A program made the translations under genes and the position numbers. This document shows, in pieces, positions 9,165 through 17,673 of a stretch of DNA of 32,000 nucleotides. The notes under the pieces were generated by a model. That model saw nothing but the letters and a program-made list of their open reading frames with translations, made no database searches and was not told the origin of the DNA. The stretch covers positions 2,190,001 through 2,222,000 of the forward strand of contig NC_006138.1 of assembly GCF_000025945.1 (NCBI RefSeq). The letters run 5' to 3'. Source of the stretch: Desulfotalea psychrophila LSv54. Lineage in GTDB: Bacteria > Desulfobacterota > Desulfobulbia > Desulfobulbales > Desulfocapsaceae. Within the stretch, counting starts at the first letter, position 1. Each line of letters opens with the position of its first letter.

Positions 9165-9714
9165 ATTTTCCCTTTAGTAAGAACCAAAAAAGTTCTTTCG
9201 CGAATCTCTTTTTGCATTGAGTTGCCCGCTAGTTCTCGCAGGCACATATATAAATTTTGAACTCTAATAATTTTTTAAGCTACCTTTTTTGTCTCTACCA
9301 TAAACACAAAGAGCAATATGTAATGCCTGATTGACATTTTGTTAACTAAATTTTTGTGTGTGTCTGCCTTTTTTGTTGATTTGCCCAACAATTTCAAAGA
9401 AATTTTTCTCACCCTTAACGGAAGTAGAGATAGCAGCCACCCCTTTTTCAGAAATATAAGAGATATTCTGTTTTGCCGGTGAGCAAACTCGTGTCAATAT
9501 GAATGAGGTAAACTGCAATTATCCTTGCTTTCCAATCAGCAGATAATTAGCATGCCTATGGCTTGTAAGAATACCTGCAGAGGGGACAAGGGGTTTTTTT
9601 CAAGCCTCAATATTTGTGGCCAATATCCTGCCTCGCGCATCGAGGTTACTCCTCGTCGAAATTACCAACCTTTCAAGCTCCCCCATAAATTGAAAAACAG
9701 CTAGGGCAAGAAAA

Positions 9715-10761
9715 ATGCAAAAAAAAGATATATTATTTTCTATAGGTTGGCCCCTTTCCTCTCTCTATGCAGGCATTATGAAATTACGTTGCCTACTATA
9801 CCGTCGTGGCCTATTCAGGCAACATCATTTTCCGGTACCTGTTATTTCAGTGGGGAATTTAACCATGGGAGGTACGGGCAAAACACCGGTAACTCATTAT
9901 ATTGCTAAACTCCTGCTTGAACACGGTCTACAACCGGCCATTATTAGTCGTGGCTACTCTGGAAAGTCCGGGGGCGAGGTTAATATTGTCTCCGATGGCC
10001 AGAGGATACTCCTCTCGGCGGAACAGGCGGGGGATGAACCCTATATGCTTGCCTCCATGCTGGCGGGTGTCATTGTTATTACAGGGAAAAAACGATACCT
10101 GTCCTGTAAGTATGCCGTAGAAAAAATGCAGGCAGAGGTGATTATCCTCGATGATGGCTTTCAGCATCTTGCTGTTGCCCGTAATCTTGATCTGGTACTC
10201 TTTGATGCCCAGACGGGCATGGGCAATAATAGGGTTTTTCCCGGTGGAGATCTACGTGAGGCCCGCTTTGCCCTAGATCGAGCGGACGCATTTTTGATTA
10301 CGGGTAAATGTCCACGAGAAGAGGAGGAGTTGTTGGCAATTGAGCTTGAATTACAGCACGAGCTGCCTCAGTGCCCTCTTTTTTCTGTTTATAGAACAGA
10401 GGGTGTTTTTTATTCCGCCAAACAAGAAAAAGTGGTTACTCATCTGCCCAAAAAGGTATTTGCCTTTTGCGGTATTGCCAATCCGGAGAGATTTCATCAT
10501 GATTTAGAGAAGCAGGGCTTTTCCTTGGTAGGTTTCAAGGCGTTTTCTGATCATCAACAGTATACAGGGCAGTGTATAGAGGAGATTGTCAAGGAGGCGA
10601 AAAAAGGTGGAGCTCAGGCAATTATTACTACCGATAAAGATCTGGTGAAAATAGATTCTTTTGCCACAGAGCTACCTCTTTATTCAGCACGACCCAGGAC
10701 AACGATAAGTACAGATTTTGATGAGCTTATATTAAAGACCTGTGCCTCTTTCGGGGAGTAG
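9715..10761 (+). CDS. lpxK: tetraacyldisaccharide 4'-kinase
   Basis: 348-aa ORF with the P-loop VGNLTMGGTGKTP characteristic of LpxK. Confidence 0.88.
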   Translation: MQKKDILFSIGWPLSSLYAGIMKLRCLLYRRGLFRQHHFPVPVISVGNLTMGGTGKTPVTHYIAKLLLEHGLQPAIISRGYSGKSGGEVNIVSDGQRILLSAEQAGDEPYMLASMLAGVIVITGKKRYLSCKYAVEKMQAEVIILDDGFQHLAVARNLDLVLFDAQTGMGNNRVFPGGDLREARFALDRADAFLITGKCPREEEELLAIELELQHELPQCPLFSVYRTEGVFYSAKQEKVVTHLPKKVFAFCGIANPERFHHDLEKQGFSLVGFKAFSDHQQYTGQCIEEIVKEAKKGGAQAIITTDKDLVKIDSFATELPLYSARPRTTISTDFDELILKTCASFGE

Positions 10762-10953
10762 GAAGTGGGTGTTTTATAACCAAAATCCCTTCATGTGTGT
10801 TTTTTCCCTCACAAAAGATAAGGAGGGGCAAAAAGACGCAGCTCTTCTATCTGGCCGCTACTGCGAGATTTAATTGATAAATTTGTATTTATTTTAAAAT
10901 GGCATTGTTGTTGCATCTATAAAGTAAACTTCTTAATCTATTTTGGAATAACT

Positions 10954-11946
10954 ATGAAATTATCTGTAATGCCAAATCAATATACCCTGCGTAAGTCTGT
11001 TAGCTGTTGTGGCGTTGGTCTCCACACAGGAAGAACCGTAAATCTCACCATCAAGCCTGCCCCGGTTGACAGTGGTATTCGCTTCTTTAGAACAGATCTT
11101 CATCCATGCCAAGTAATTAAGGCGCATATGGACAAGATCGTTGATACCCGCCTTGCAACTACCATTGGTGAGGCAGATGCAACTATCTCAACCACCGAGC
11201 ATCTGATGGCAGCCCTGCACGCCTACGGTATTGATAATGCTGATATCGAAATTGATTCTCACGAGGTGCCTATCATGGACGGTAGTGCCGGTCCATTTTT
11301 TAACCACCTTAAATCTTCAGGCAAGAAACGGCAGGATGGACTGAAGAAGGTTTTGCGTGTTATCAAGCCTATTCGCTATCAGCAAGGTGATAAGGTCATG
11401 GAAATTCTTCCCTATGATGGTTTTAAGGTAACAGGAAAAATTTCCTTTGACGATACCATAGATGATGCCATAATAAAGACTCAAAGCTATACCTTTGATA
11501 TGTCGCCGGAGGCTTTTTTGAAGGACATTGCCTCTGCCCGTACCTTTGGCTATGTAGAACAGGTTGAAGAGCTGTGGGCCAATGGTCTTGCTCTGGGTGG
11601 ATCACTTGCCAATGTTATTGCGATCCATTGGAATCGTACCTCTGTGCTTAACGAAGATGGTCTTCGTTACCATGATGAGTTTATTCGCCACAAGGTCCTT
11701 GATATTGTAGGAGATCTCTATTTACTTGGTTGCCCTATTTTAGGTCATGTGAGATCCCATAAAACAGGACATACCGAGCATCGTGCCTTTATGCAGGCCA
11801 TTGCAAATGCTTCTGATTGTTGGGAGTTTTGTGAGCTTAGCTCAAATTCAGGAACCTCTGTACTGGGAAGAGCCATTGACTCTACTCTGGCCGCTGCTGA
11901 GGGTATACTTATGCCTTTCTTCAACCCTCAGCCACTAGTTGCCTAG
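10954..11946 (+). CDS. lpxC: UDP-3-O-acyl-N-acetylglucosamine deacetylase
   Basis: 330-aa ORF with GVGLHTGR, EHLMAAL and HKVLDIVGDL motifs. The start could instead be M6 (10969). Confidence 0.92.
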   Translation: MKLSVMPNQYTLRKSVSCCGVGLHTGRTVNLTIKPAPVDSGIRFFRTDLHPCQVIKAHMDKIVDTRLATTIGEADATISTTEHLMAALHAYGIDNADIEIDSHEVPIMDGSAGPFFNHLKSSGKKRQDGLKKVLRVIKPIRYQQGDKVMEILPYDGFKVTGKISFDDTIDDAIIKTQSYTFDMSPEAFLKDIASARTFGYVEQVEELWANGLALGGSLANVIAIHWNRTSVLNEDGLRYHDEFIRHKVLDIVGDLYLLGCPILGHVRSHKTGHTEHRAFMQAIANASDCWEFCELSSNSGTSVLGRAIDSTLAAAEGILMPFFNPQPLVA

Positions 11947-11969
11947 GGGATAGCCTCTTCTTCTGGTCG

Positions 11970-12008
11970 AAAAAAAAGGGTTTACGGTAAAACCGTAAAC
12001 CCTTTTTT
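11970..12008. terminator. bidirectional rho-independent terminator between convergent lpxC and the deaminase gene
   Basis: Perfect 11-bp stem gggtttacggt / accgtaaaccc (11978-11988 and 11992-12002) with loop aaa. It is flanked by A8 (11970-11977) and T6 (12003-12008). Confidence 0.85.
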
Positions 12009-12037
12009 GTCTTTGTCGCCTAAAAAATTACCAATGG

Positions 12038-12625
12038 TCAGCTACCTTGGCGAGCATTATAGACATGACTACCGCTCTTGGCAAACTCGTAAAAGACCTC
12101 AACAGCCTTCTCGGTAAGCATATTGTCCGTTACTGAAATACTTCTTAACGCGAGTTGGGCCTGCCAATCATCTGGCACAAATCCTTCATCAAAACCTGTT
12201 ATCTCTTCAAGCTCAGGTCCTGATCCGGCAATGGTGAGATGGCGGGCACCGGACCACATAAGGGCACCCAAACACATAATGCAGGGACGCCAATTTACCA
12301 CCAACTCATGTTCCGGCATACCGGGCGCACCGAGATCAAAGTTCTCAAGTTTTTGCTGAGCCAGAGAGATGGCCATTACCTCTGCATGAGCCGAAGAGCA
12401 GTTTAAGGGCATCACTCGATTAACTCCGAGCATTACCAACCGACCACTCTCTTTTTCAAAAATCCCTGCAGCAAAGGGTCCACCTGTTTCTTGGCGAATA
12501 TTCTGTCGGGAAAATTCGATAACAGCCGCCATTCGATCCTCCGCCTTTGGCATAAACTCGGGAAGGTTCTGCTGTAATTTCGTTGCCCATTCAGGCAAGT
12601 TTAAAGAAAATGTACTATTTGGCAT
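12038..12625 (-). CDS. CMP/dCMP-type zinc deaminase family protein (nucleoside/base deaminase)
   Basis: 195-aa ORF with the zinc-binding signature HAEVMAI followed by PCIMCLGA (the H-A-E and PCxxC motifs of the cytidine deaminase fold). Confidence 0.75.
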   Translation of the reverse strand: MPNSTFSLNLPEWATKLQQNLPEFMPKAEDRMAAVIEFSRQNIRQETGGPFAAGIFEKESGRLVMLGVNRVMPLNCSSAHAEVMAISLAQQKLENFDLGAPGMPEHELVVNWRPCIMCLGALMWSGARHLTIAGSGPELEEITGFDEGFVPDDWQAQLALRSISVTDNMLTEKAVEVFYEFAKSGSHVYNARQGS

Positions 12626-12734
12626 GGCTATTATCCATTCGCTAAGATGGCGACAATTTATAAAGAGAGAGGGAACCTTGCAAAAAGGGGCAAGGCTTTA
12701 TGGGTTCTTTACCAGAGACCATTCGGTCTAACGC

Positions 12735-12778
12735 AAAAAACCGTATTGGTATATGATGAAATTTCAAAACCAATACGG
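12735..12778 (-). terminator. rho-independent terminator after the DegT-family aminotransferase gene
   Basis: 10-bp stem ccgtattggt / accaatacgg (12741-12750 and 12769-12778). The loop contains the palindrome tgaaatttca. On the minus strand the hairpin is followed by TTTTTT (plus-strand A-run 12735-12740). Confidence 0.65.
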
Positions 12779-12804
12779 CGTACCTTTCTTTAAGGAGGCG
12801 AGGA

Positions 12805-14007
12805 CTACACCTGAGCAGCTTTCTTCAGGGCAGTACACATTTGAGCAAGCTTTGCCTCATCTGTTTTTACAGCAATAGGGTAGACCAGACAACGACCAAT
12901 GAGGTCTGCTGACTGTGGCAGGGCGGCAGGATCATAAACAAAGCGCTTACGATTCTCTCCACCGACAAAGGGCCAGCCTGAAGCGGTACAGGTTTTGGCG
13001 CCAAGCAGATGTTCCCATTTGGGGTAAAAGTGCCAGGTGTTTTCGGCAAAATTAATTGCCCCACAACCCTCTGCTCGAAGAACCTCATTTACCCGGGAGC
13101 TGTGCTCTTTGTCCTGAAGGAAAAATGAGAAGAATGAGGCAGAATCACCTTTTTCATCCATGATATGTCTAAAAGAGACACCAGGAATTGCCGAGGCGGC
13201 CTCTTTTAATATTGCCTTGTGCTTTTGGTGCTGAGAAACAATATAGTCGAGTTTGCCCAGCTGAGCCAAGCCAATGGCACCCTGAATTTCCATCATACGA
13301 TAATTGGAACCAATAAAGCGACGTTTGTCACCACCACGTCCACCGGGATTATCCAGATGATCATGACCATGGTCATGATACTCAGACATAGTGCGCCAAA
13401 GATCGGCGTTATCGGTAATAATCATTCCACCTTCACCGGTGGTGATGGTCTTTACTGAGTCAAAAGAAAATGTTCCACAATCGCCAAAGGAACCTACATG
13501 CTTGCCGTTAATGCGGGCGCCTGGTGCCTGAGCACTATCTTCGAGGACAAAGATGTTTTTTGCCTTAGCAATGGCAACAATCTCTTCTATACGAGCGGGA
13601 GCACCCAACATGTGCACAGGGATAATACACTTTGTCTTGGCGGTAATCTTCTTTTTAAGGTCTGCTGGATCCATATTCATGGTTTCATCGACCTCGGTGA
13701 AAACAGGAGTGGCACCAATTTCCAGAATAGCCTCCCAGGTAGCAACAAAGGTAAAACCCTGGGTGATAACCTCATCACCAGGACCAACTCCAAGCCCCAT
13801 AAGAGCTACTTTCAGAGCGGCACTTCCCGAGGTTACTGCCTGGCCATGGGTGCTATTTGCATAGCTGGCAAATTTGTTTTCAAACTCTTTTACCTTATAA
13901 ACACCCTTACGCTGGTCTTTGAATTCGTAACGAAAAAGCACACCACTATCAAGAACTTCGTTCACCTGTTGCTTTTCTTCTTCTCCAAATACTTCAAAAC
14001 CCGGCAT
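12805..14007 (-). CDS. DegT/DnrJ/EryC1/StrS-family PLP-dependent sugar aminotransferase
   Basis: 400-aa ORF with the PLP-lysine region SFDSVKTITTGEGGMI. An SD (AAGGAG) lies upstream of the ATG. Confidence 0.85.
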   Translation of the reverse strand: MPGFEVFGEEEKQQVNEVLDSGVLFRYEFKDQRKGVYKVKEFENKFASYANSTHGQAVTSGSAALKVALMGLGVGPGDEVITQGFTFVATWEAILEIGATPVFTEVDETMNMDPADLKKKITAKTKCIIPVHMLGAPARIEEIVAIAKAKNIFVLEDSAQAPGARINGKHVGSFGDCGTFSFDSVKTITTGEGGMIITDNADLWRTMSEYHDHGHDHLDNPGGRGGDKRRFIGSNYRMMEIQGAIGLAQLGKLDYIVSQHQKHKAILKEAASAIPGVSFRHIMDEKGDSASFFSFFLQDKEHSSRVNEVLRAEGCGAINFAENTWHFYPKWEHLLGAKTCTASGWPFVGGENRKRFVYDPAALPQSADLIGRCLVYPIAVKTDEAKLAQMCTALKKAAQV

Positions 14008-14038
14008 CTCTTTCTCCTTTTGTAGAAAAGACTATTTT

Positions 14039-14398
14039 CTACTTCACGATTTCTTTAATTGTATTATCTGGGTTAAGCAGAACAACATTTGGTCTATGCT
14101 CATCTACTTCATCGTCTGAACAGAGGGCATAGGTGACAATAATGAGAAAATCGCCTATCATTCCCTTACGTGCCGCTGCTCCGTTGAGTTGAATTGCACC
14201 GGATCCCGCTTCTCCCTCAATTGCATAGGTTTCAAATCGTTCGCCATTATTTACGTTATAGACATAGATACGTTCATAGGGACGAATACCTGAAGCTTTT
14301 AGCAGATCGGTATCAATAGTGAGACTTCCTTCATAATTCAAGTCAGCAGCCGAAATTGTGGCTCGGTGCAACTTAGCCTTCATCATCTGATGTAACAT
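14039..14398 (-). CDS. panD: aspartate 1-decarboxylase
   Basis: KLHRATISAADLNYEGSLTID contains the pyruvoyl self-cleavage site (G-S). I place the start at ATG 14398 (MLHQMMKAKLHR), which gives about 119 aa, the normal PanD size. The longer ORF to 14503 adds a non-homologous extension. Confidence 0.85.
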   Translation of the reverse strand: MLHQMMKAKLHRATISAADLNYEGSLTIDTDLLKASGIRPYERIYVYNVNNGERFETYAIEGEAGSGAIQLNGAAARKGMIGDFLIIVTYALCSDDEVDEHRPNVVLLNPDNTIKEIVK

Positions 14399-14506
14399 AA
14401 TAATAAACCAATAAAATTTTACCCTCAAGCGGGGAGAGGTGACACGCACTATCCTATTGCGAATAAAATAATGCAGAACACAGCCCAAACAAGGGGCGCA
14501 CAACGC

Positions 14507-14545
14507 AAAAAAGAGGAAAAATCATCTTCATGAAAATTTTCCTCT
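14507..14545 (-). terminator. terminator-like hairpin between panC and panD
   Basis: 9-bp stem agaggaaaa / ttttcctct (14512-14520 and 14537-14545) with an inner tcat/atga stem. On the minus strand it is followed by TTTTTT (plus-strand A-run 14507-14512). It lies 10 nt after the panC stop. Confidence 0.5.
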
Positions 14546-14554
14546 TTCTGTTCT

Positions 14555-15415
14555 TTATGTCAATAATGCAGAATTGTCAATAAGACGAATACGTTCAGCA
14601 ATTCGTACAGCAAGTGCCATCACGTTTCCCGGTTGGACTGTTGGGCTAGGTTCAAGTGTCTGTTGGTCAACAATAGAAATATACTCTGGCTCATAACCGG
14701 CATCGATAATCACGCCTCTCGCCTTGGTTATAACCTCATCGCTCTCAATAGTCTTGCCAGCCGCACTCCTTGCCAGGACATAGTCCTTGGCTACTTCCAG
14801 AGCCTGAGAGAGGCAGAGGGCTTTGAGGCGTTGCTCTGCATTAAGATACTTATTTCGAGAGCTCATGGCCAAGCCATCGTCTTCGCGATAGATAGGGCAG
14901 GAGATAATCTGTAGATCGAAATCCAGATCAATAACCAGCTGTTTGATCATTGCTAATTGCTGAAAATCCTTTTCACCAAAGATAGCAAAATCAGGCTGAC
15001 AGAGATGGAAGAGCTTGGTGACAACGGTGGCAACCCCGTCGAAGTGTCCGGGTCTGCCGGCACCACAGAGATCAGCGGTAAGAGTGGTCACGCTAATATT
15101 TGTCTGAAAATTTGGTCCGTACATCTCCGTTGTTTCGGGGCAAAATAAAACATCGGTGCCAAGCTCTTCTGCCAGACGGGAATCTTTTTCATAGGGACGC
15201 GGGTAGGCATCCAGATCTTCACCTGGACCAAATTGGATGGGATTGACAAATAAACTGACAATAAGTCGATCTGCAATCTCCCTTCCCTTTTTTATCAGAG
15301 AAAGGTGGCCCTGATGAAAACAACCCATGGTGGGGACAAGAGCCACGGTAAGGCCTTGCTCCTGCCATTTTTTTACCTGCTCCCGTATCTCTTGTCTGCT
15401 ACTTATCTTTTTCAC
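14555..15415 (-). CDS. panC: pantoate--beta-alanine ligase
   Basis: 286-aa ORF with PTMGCFHQGHLSL (HxGH motif). Its GTG start overlaps the TGA of the upstream gene (GTGA). Confidence 0.92.
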   Translation of the reverse strand: MKKISSRQEIREQVKKWQEQGLTVALVPTMGCFHQGHLSLIKKGREIADRLIVSLFVNPIQFGPGEDLDAYPRPYEKDSRLAEELGTDVLFCPETTEMYGPNFQTNISVTTLTADLCGAGRPGHFDGVATVVTKLFHLCQPDFAIFGEKDFQQLAMIKQLVIDLDFDLQIISCPIYREDDGLAMSSRNKYLNAEQRLKALCLSQALEVAKDYVLARSAAGKTIESDEVITKARGVIIDAGYEPEYISIVDQQTLEPSPTVQPGNVMALAVRIAERIRLIDNSALLT

Positions 15416-16101
15416 TTTTTTGCCTGCAATCGAACAATTTTAGACTCAATATAGGATTTAGCCTGTGGACGACTGCTTTCCAGAGTTAAAAGATAGTCGT
15501 TATAGGTAAGTATTGCTTTTTCTATATCACCACGAGCTTCCCAGGTGCGAGCCATTCCAAGATAGGCCAGGTCATTATAACCGGAAAAAATCTTAAGATG
15601 CTGATACATTTCATAGGCCTCTACATACTTTTTCTGAGCCTCAAGAGATTCCGCCTGACCAAAAATGATTAATGGATGGAGGGGGTCAGTATCTGTTATC
15701 TTATCAAGAATAATGCTGTAACTTGAATAGGCCTTAGCGTATGCCTTTTCTGCCATATAGCCATGTGCTAACTCAATAGTTGCCCAAGTCGCCGAATTTG
15801 TTCCAGAATAATCTTCTACGACTTTCCTTAAATAGTTAGCTCGTTTATCAGCAGGTTCTTCGAGGGCAAGACCAAGGGCTGAAGACGCCTCTGCTGTATG
15901 TTTTTTACTATAGGAAGCATAGAGAGAAAAAGCCACAACCATAATAATAACAAAGGCCAAAGCTAACTGGATTGCACGGACATTTTTTCGGATAAAGGTA
16001 ATGGTCTTGGGGGGAAGGTTAAAATGTTCTAACACACCTTCGACGTCGCTCATTGTATCTTTTGCTACATACTTCTTTTCAAATGCACTGTGGTTTGCCA
16101 T
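15412..16101 (-). CDS. membrane-anchored TPR-like protein (YfgM-like)
   Basis: One TM helix (AIQLALAFVIIMVVAFSLYASY) followed by TPR-like helical repeats. I place the start at ATG 16101 (MANHSAF), which has GGGAGA 8 nt upstream. The ORF-track start at 16182 has no such signal. Confidence 0.55.
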   Translation of the reverse strand: MANHSAFEKKYVAKDTMSDVEGVLEHFNLPPKTITFIRKNVRAIQLALAFVIIMVVAFSLYASYSKKHTAEASSALGLALEEPADKRANYLRKVVEDYSGTNSATWATIELAHGYMAEKAYAKAYSSYSIILDKITDTDPLHPLIIFGQAESLEAQKKYVEAYEMYQHLKIFSGYNDLAYLGMARTWEARGDIEKAILTYNDYLLTLESSRPQAKSYIESKIVRLQAKK

Positions 16102-16326
16102 AAAAAAGTCTCCCAAATATCTTCGTTGACCGAAAACAATAAGGCGTAAAGGGTTAAAACTTGAGGAATAGGCCTCTAACAAATAGTGGGAAATGCAGTT
16201 CCTACTTTAACATTGCTCGGCAATATAATATATAGAGCGTAGCCTGTCTATGCGTAAAAGAGAGATATTTTCAAGAAAACAAAAGTAGGACTATCCTACT
16301 CAACAAACGACATATTCATATTAAAT

Positions 16327-17673
16327 ATGACATTTCTTAAGCAACCAATATACTCAGTATCAGAGATTACCGGATCAATCAAGACCCTTTTAGAAGGAAA
16401 ATTTCGTTTTATTACAATCAGAGGGGAAATATCTAATCTGAAAACACCCTATTCTGGTCATAGTTACTTCACCCTCAAGGATGATAAGGCCCAAATACGA
16501 GCTGTTATCTTTAAAAACCAGAAGCGCTATCTCCTTGATCCTCTACAGGACGGTAAACAGGTTATCTGCCATGGCAGAATATCTCTTTATGAACCACGAG
16601 GTGAATATCAGATCATCGTTGACAGCATTGAAGGTGACGGGGCAGGACAATTTCGTCAGGAGTTTGAAAAAATAAAAAAAAGGCTGGAAGAGAGGGGCTA
16701 TTTTGCAGGATCTAGCAAAAAGAACATTCCTCCCTATCCTGAAAAAATTGTTATTATTTCTTCACCTACAGGGGCTGCAATACAAGATTTTCTGAAGATA
16801 TATCAAATTCGGCAGAGCTTTACTCATTTGCAAATACTGCCCGTACGAGTTCAGGGCGAACAGGCGGCAGAGGAGATAGCTGAGGCAATCCGAATAGCCA
16901 ATGGCCTTGATAATATTGATCTCATTGTCCTTTGTCGGGGTGGTGGCTCGATTGAGGATCTATGGGCCTTCAACGAAATTGCCGTGGCTGAGGCCATCCA
17001 TGCATCTCAGTTGCCCGTAGTTACAGGGGTAGGTCATGAGGTTGATTTTACAATTGCTGATTTTTGTGCTGATGCCAGAGCTGCCACACCTACGGGGGCT
17101 GCTGAGATGCTCTTGGCTGACAGTGAGGAACTAGGACGAAAAATTATGGCCTATGGCAATCGGCAAAGGGCCATACTGGGTGGACAAATTTCTTTCTATC
17201 AGCAAAAGCTGAAACGGCTCACAAAATCCCTCAGTCTCATAGAGTATTCGGTTGAACAATCCTCTCACCATCTCGAACTTACCATCTCCTATTTCAAACA
17301 GGCAATGCTCTCATCTATGGAGAGGCGAGAGCAAAAACTGCAACAGGGCAGTGAGCGTCTTAAGGCGGAAGCGCCTCTACACAAGATCATTTTGCAAAAA
17401 CAGAGGGTAGAAAATTTAAAACACAGGCTGAAGAGACAGATAAGACATAGCCTTGATGAAAAAAAGGGGCAGTTTTCTCAACAGGCCGCCTTACTCAACA
17501 GCGTCAGCCCTCTGGCTACCCTTTCCCGAGGTTATGCTGTGGCAAGAATTATTTCCACGGGCAGAAAGGAAATCATCTCAAACAGTACTCAGGTAAAGGA
17601 GGGGCAGGAGATCAATGTCCTCCTTGGCCAAGGCTCCCTTGACTGTAAGATAGTTAAGAGCAACCAGGATTAA
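16327..17673 (+). CDS. xseA: exodeoxyribonuclease VII large subunit
   Basis: 448-aa ORF with an N-terminal OB-fold region (SVSEITGSIKTLLEG...SGHSYFTLKD), a catalytic core and a C-terminal coiled coil, as is typical of XseA. Confidence 0.9.
   Translation: MTFLKQPIYSVSEITGSIKTLLEGKFRFITIRGEISNLKTPYSGHSYFTLKDDKAQIRAVIFKNQKRYLLDPLQDGKQVICHGRISLYEPRGEYQIIVDSIEGDGAGQFRQEFEKIKKRLEERGYFAGSSKKNIPPYPEKIVIISSPTGAAIQDFLKIYQIRQSFTHLQILPVRVQGEQAAEEIAEAIRIANGLDNIDLIVLCRGGGSIEDLWAFNEIAVAEAIHASQLPVVTGVGHEVDFTIADFCADARAATPTGAAEMLLADSEELGRKIMAYGNRQRAILGGQISFYQQKLKRLTKSLSLIEYSVEQSSHHLELTISYFKQAMLSSMERREQKLQQGSERLKAEAPLHKIILQKQRVENLKHRLKRQIRHSLDEKKGQFSQQAALLNSVSPLATLSRGYAVARIISTGRKEIISNSTQVKEGQEINVLLGQGSLDCKIVKSNQD

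Noticed and set aside
9631-9655. Alternating cctcg / cgagg / cctcg segments that suggest mutually exclusive hairpins (attenuator-like) before lpxK.
   Set aside because: The stems are only 5 bp, no leader peptide or U-tract is associated, and this could easily arise by chance.
9552-9704. A 50-codon plus-strand ORF (MPMACKNTCRGDKGFFSSLNICGQ...) just upstream of lpxK.
   Set aside because: It has no SD-like sequence, an unremarkable composition and no recognisable motif. It is mentioned only as the longest ORF in the 550-bp gap.
9719-9726. An A8 homopolymer at codons 2-4 of lpxK as a possible phase-variation tract.
   Set aside because: lpxK is normally essential in lipid A synthesis. The run simply encodes Gln-Lys-Lys, and nothing else suggests contingency behaviour.
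10874-10900. A promoter-like TTGATA (10874-10879) and TAAAAT (10895-10900) upstream of lpxC.
   Set aside because: The hexamers are good, but the spacer is only 15 nt. Without a mapped transcription start I cannot support it as a feature.
12730-12740. A shared 11-mer aacgcaaaaaa at the base of two separate terminators (12730-12740 and 14502-14512).
   Set aside because: It is short and A-rich and is expected by chance at terminator U-tracts. The adjacent stems are unrelated, so this is not a repeat family.
14399-14503. A 35-codon N-terminal extension of panD (MCAPCLGCVLHYFIRNR...).
   Set aside because: PanD proteins are about 120 aa and begin just before the KLHRAT motif. The extension has no homology pattern and reads through the putative panD leader.
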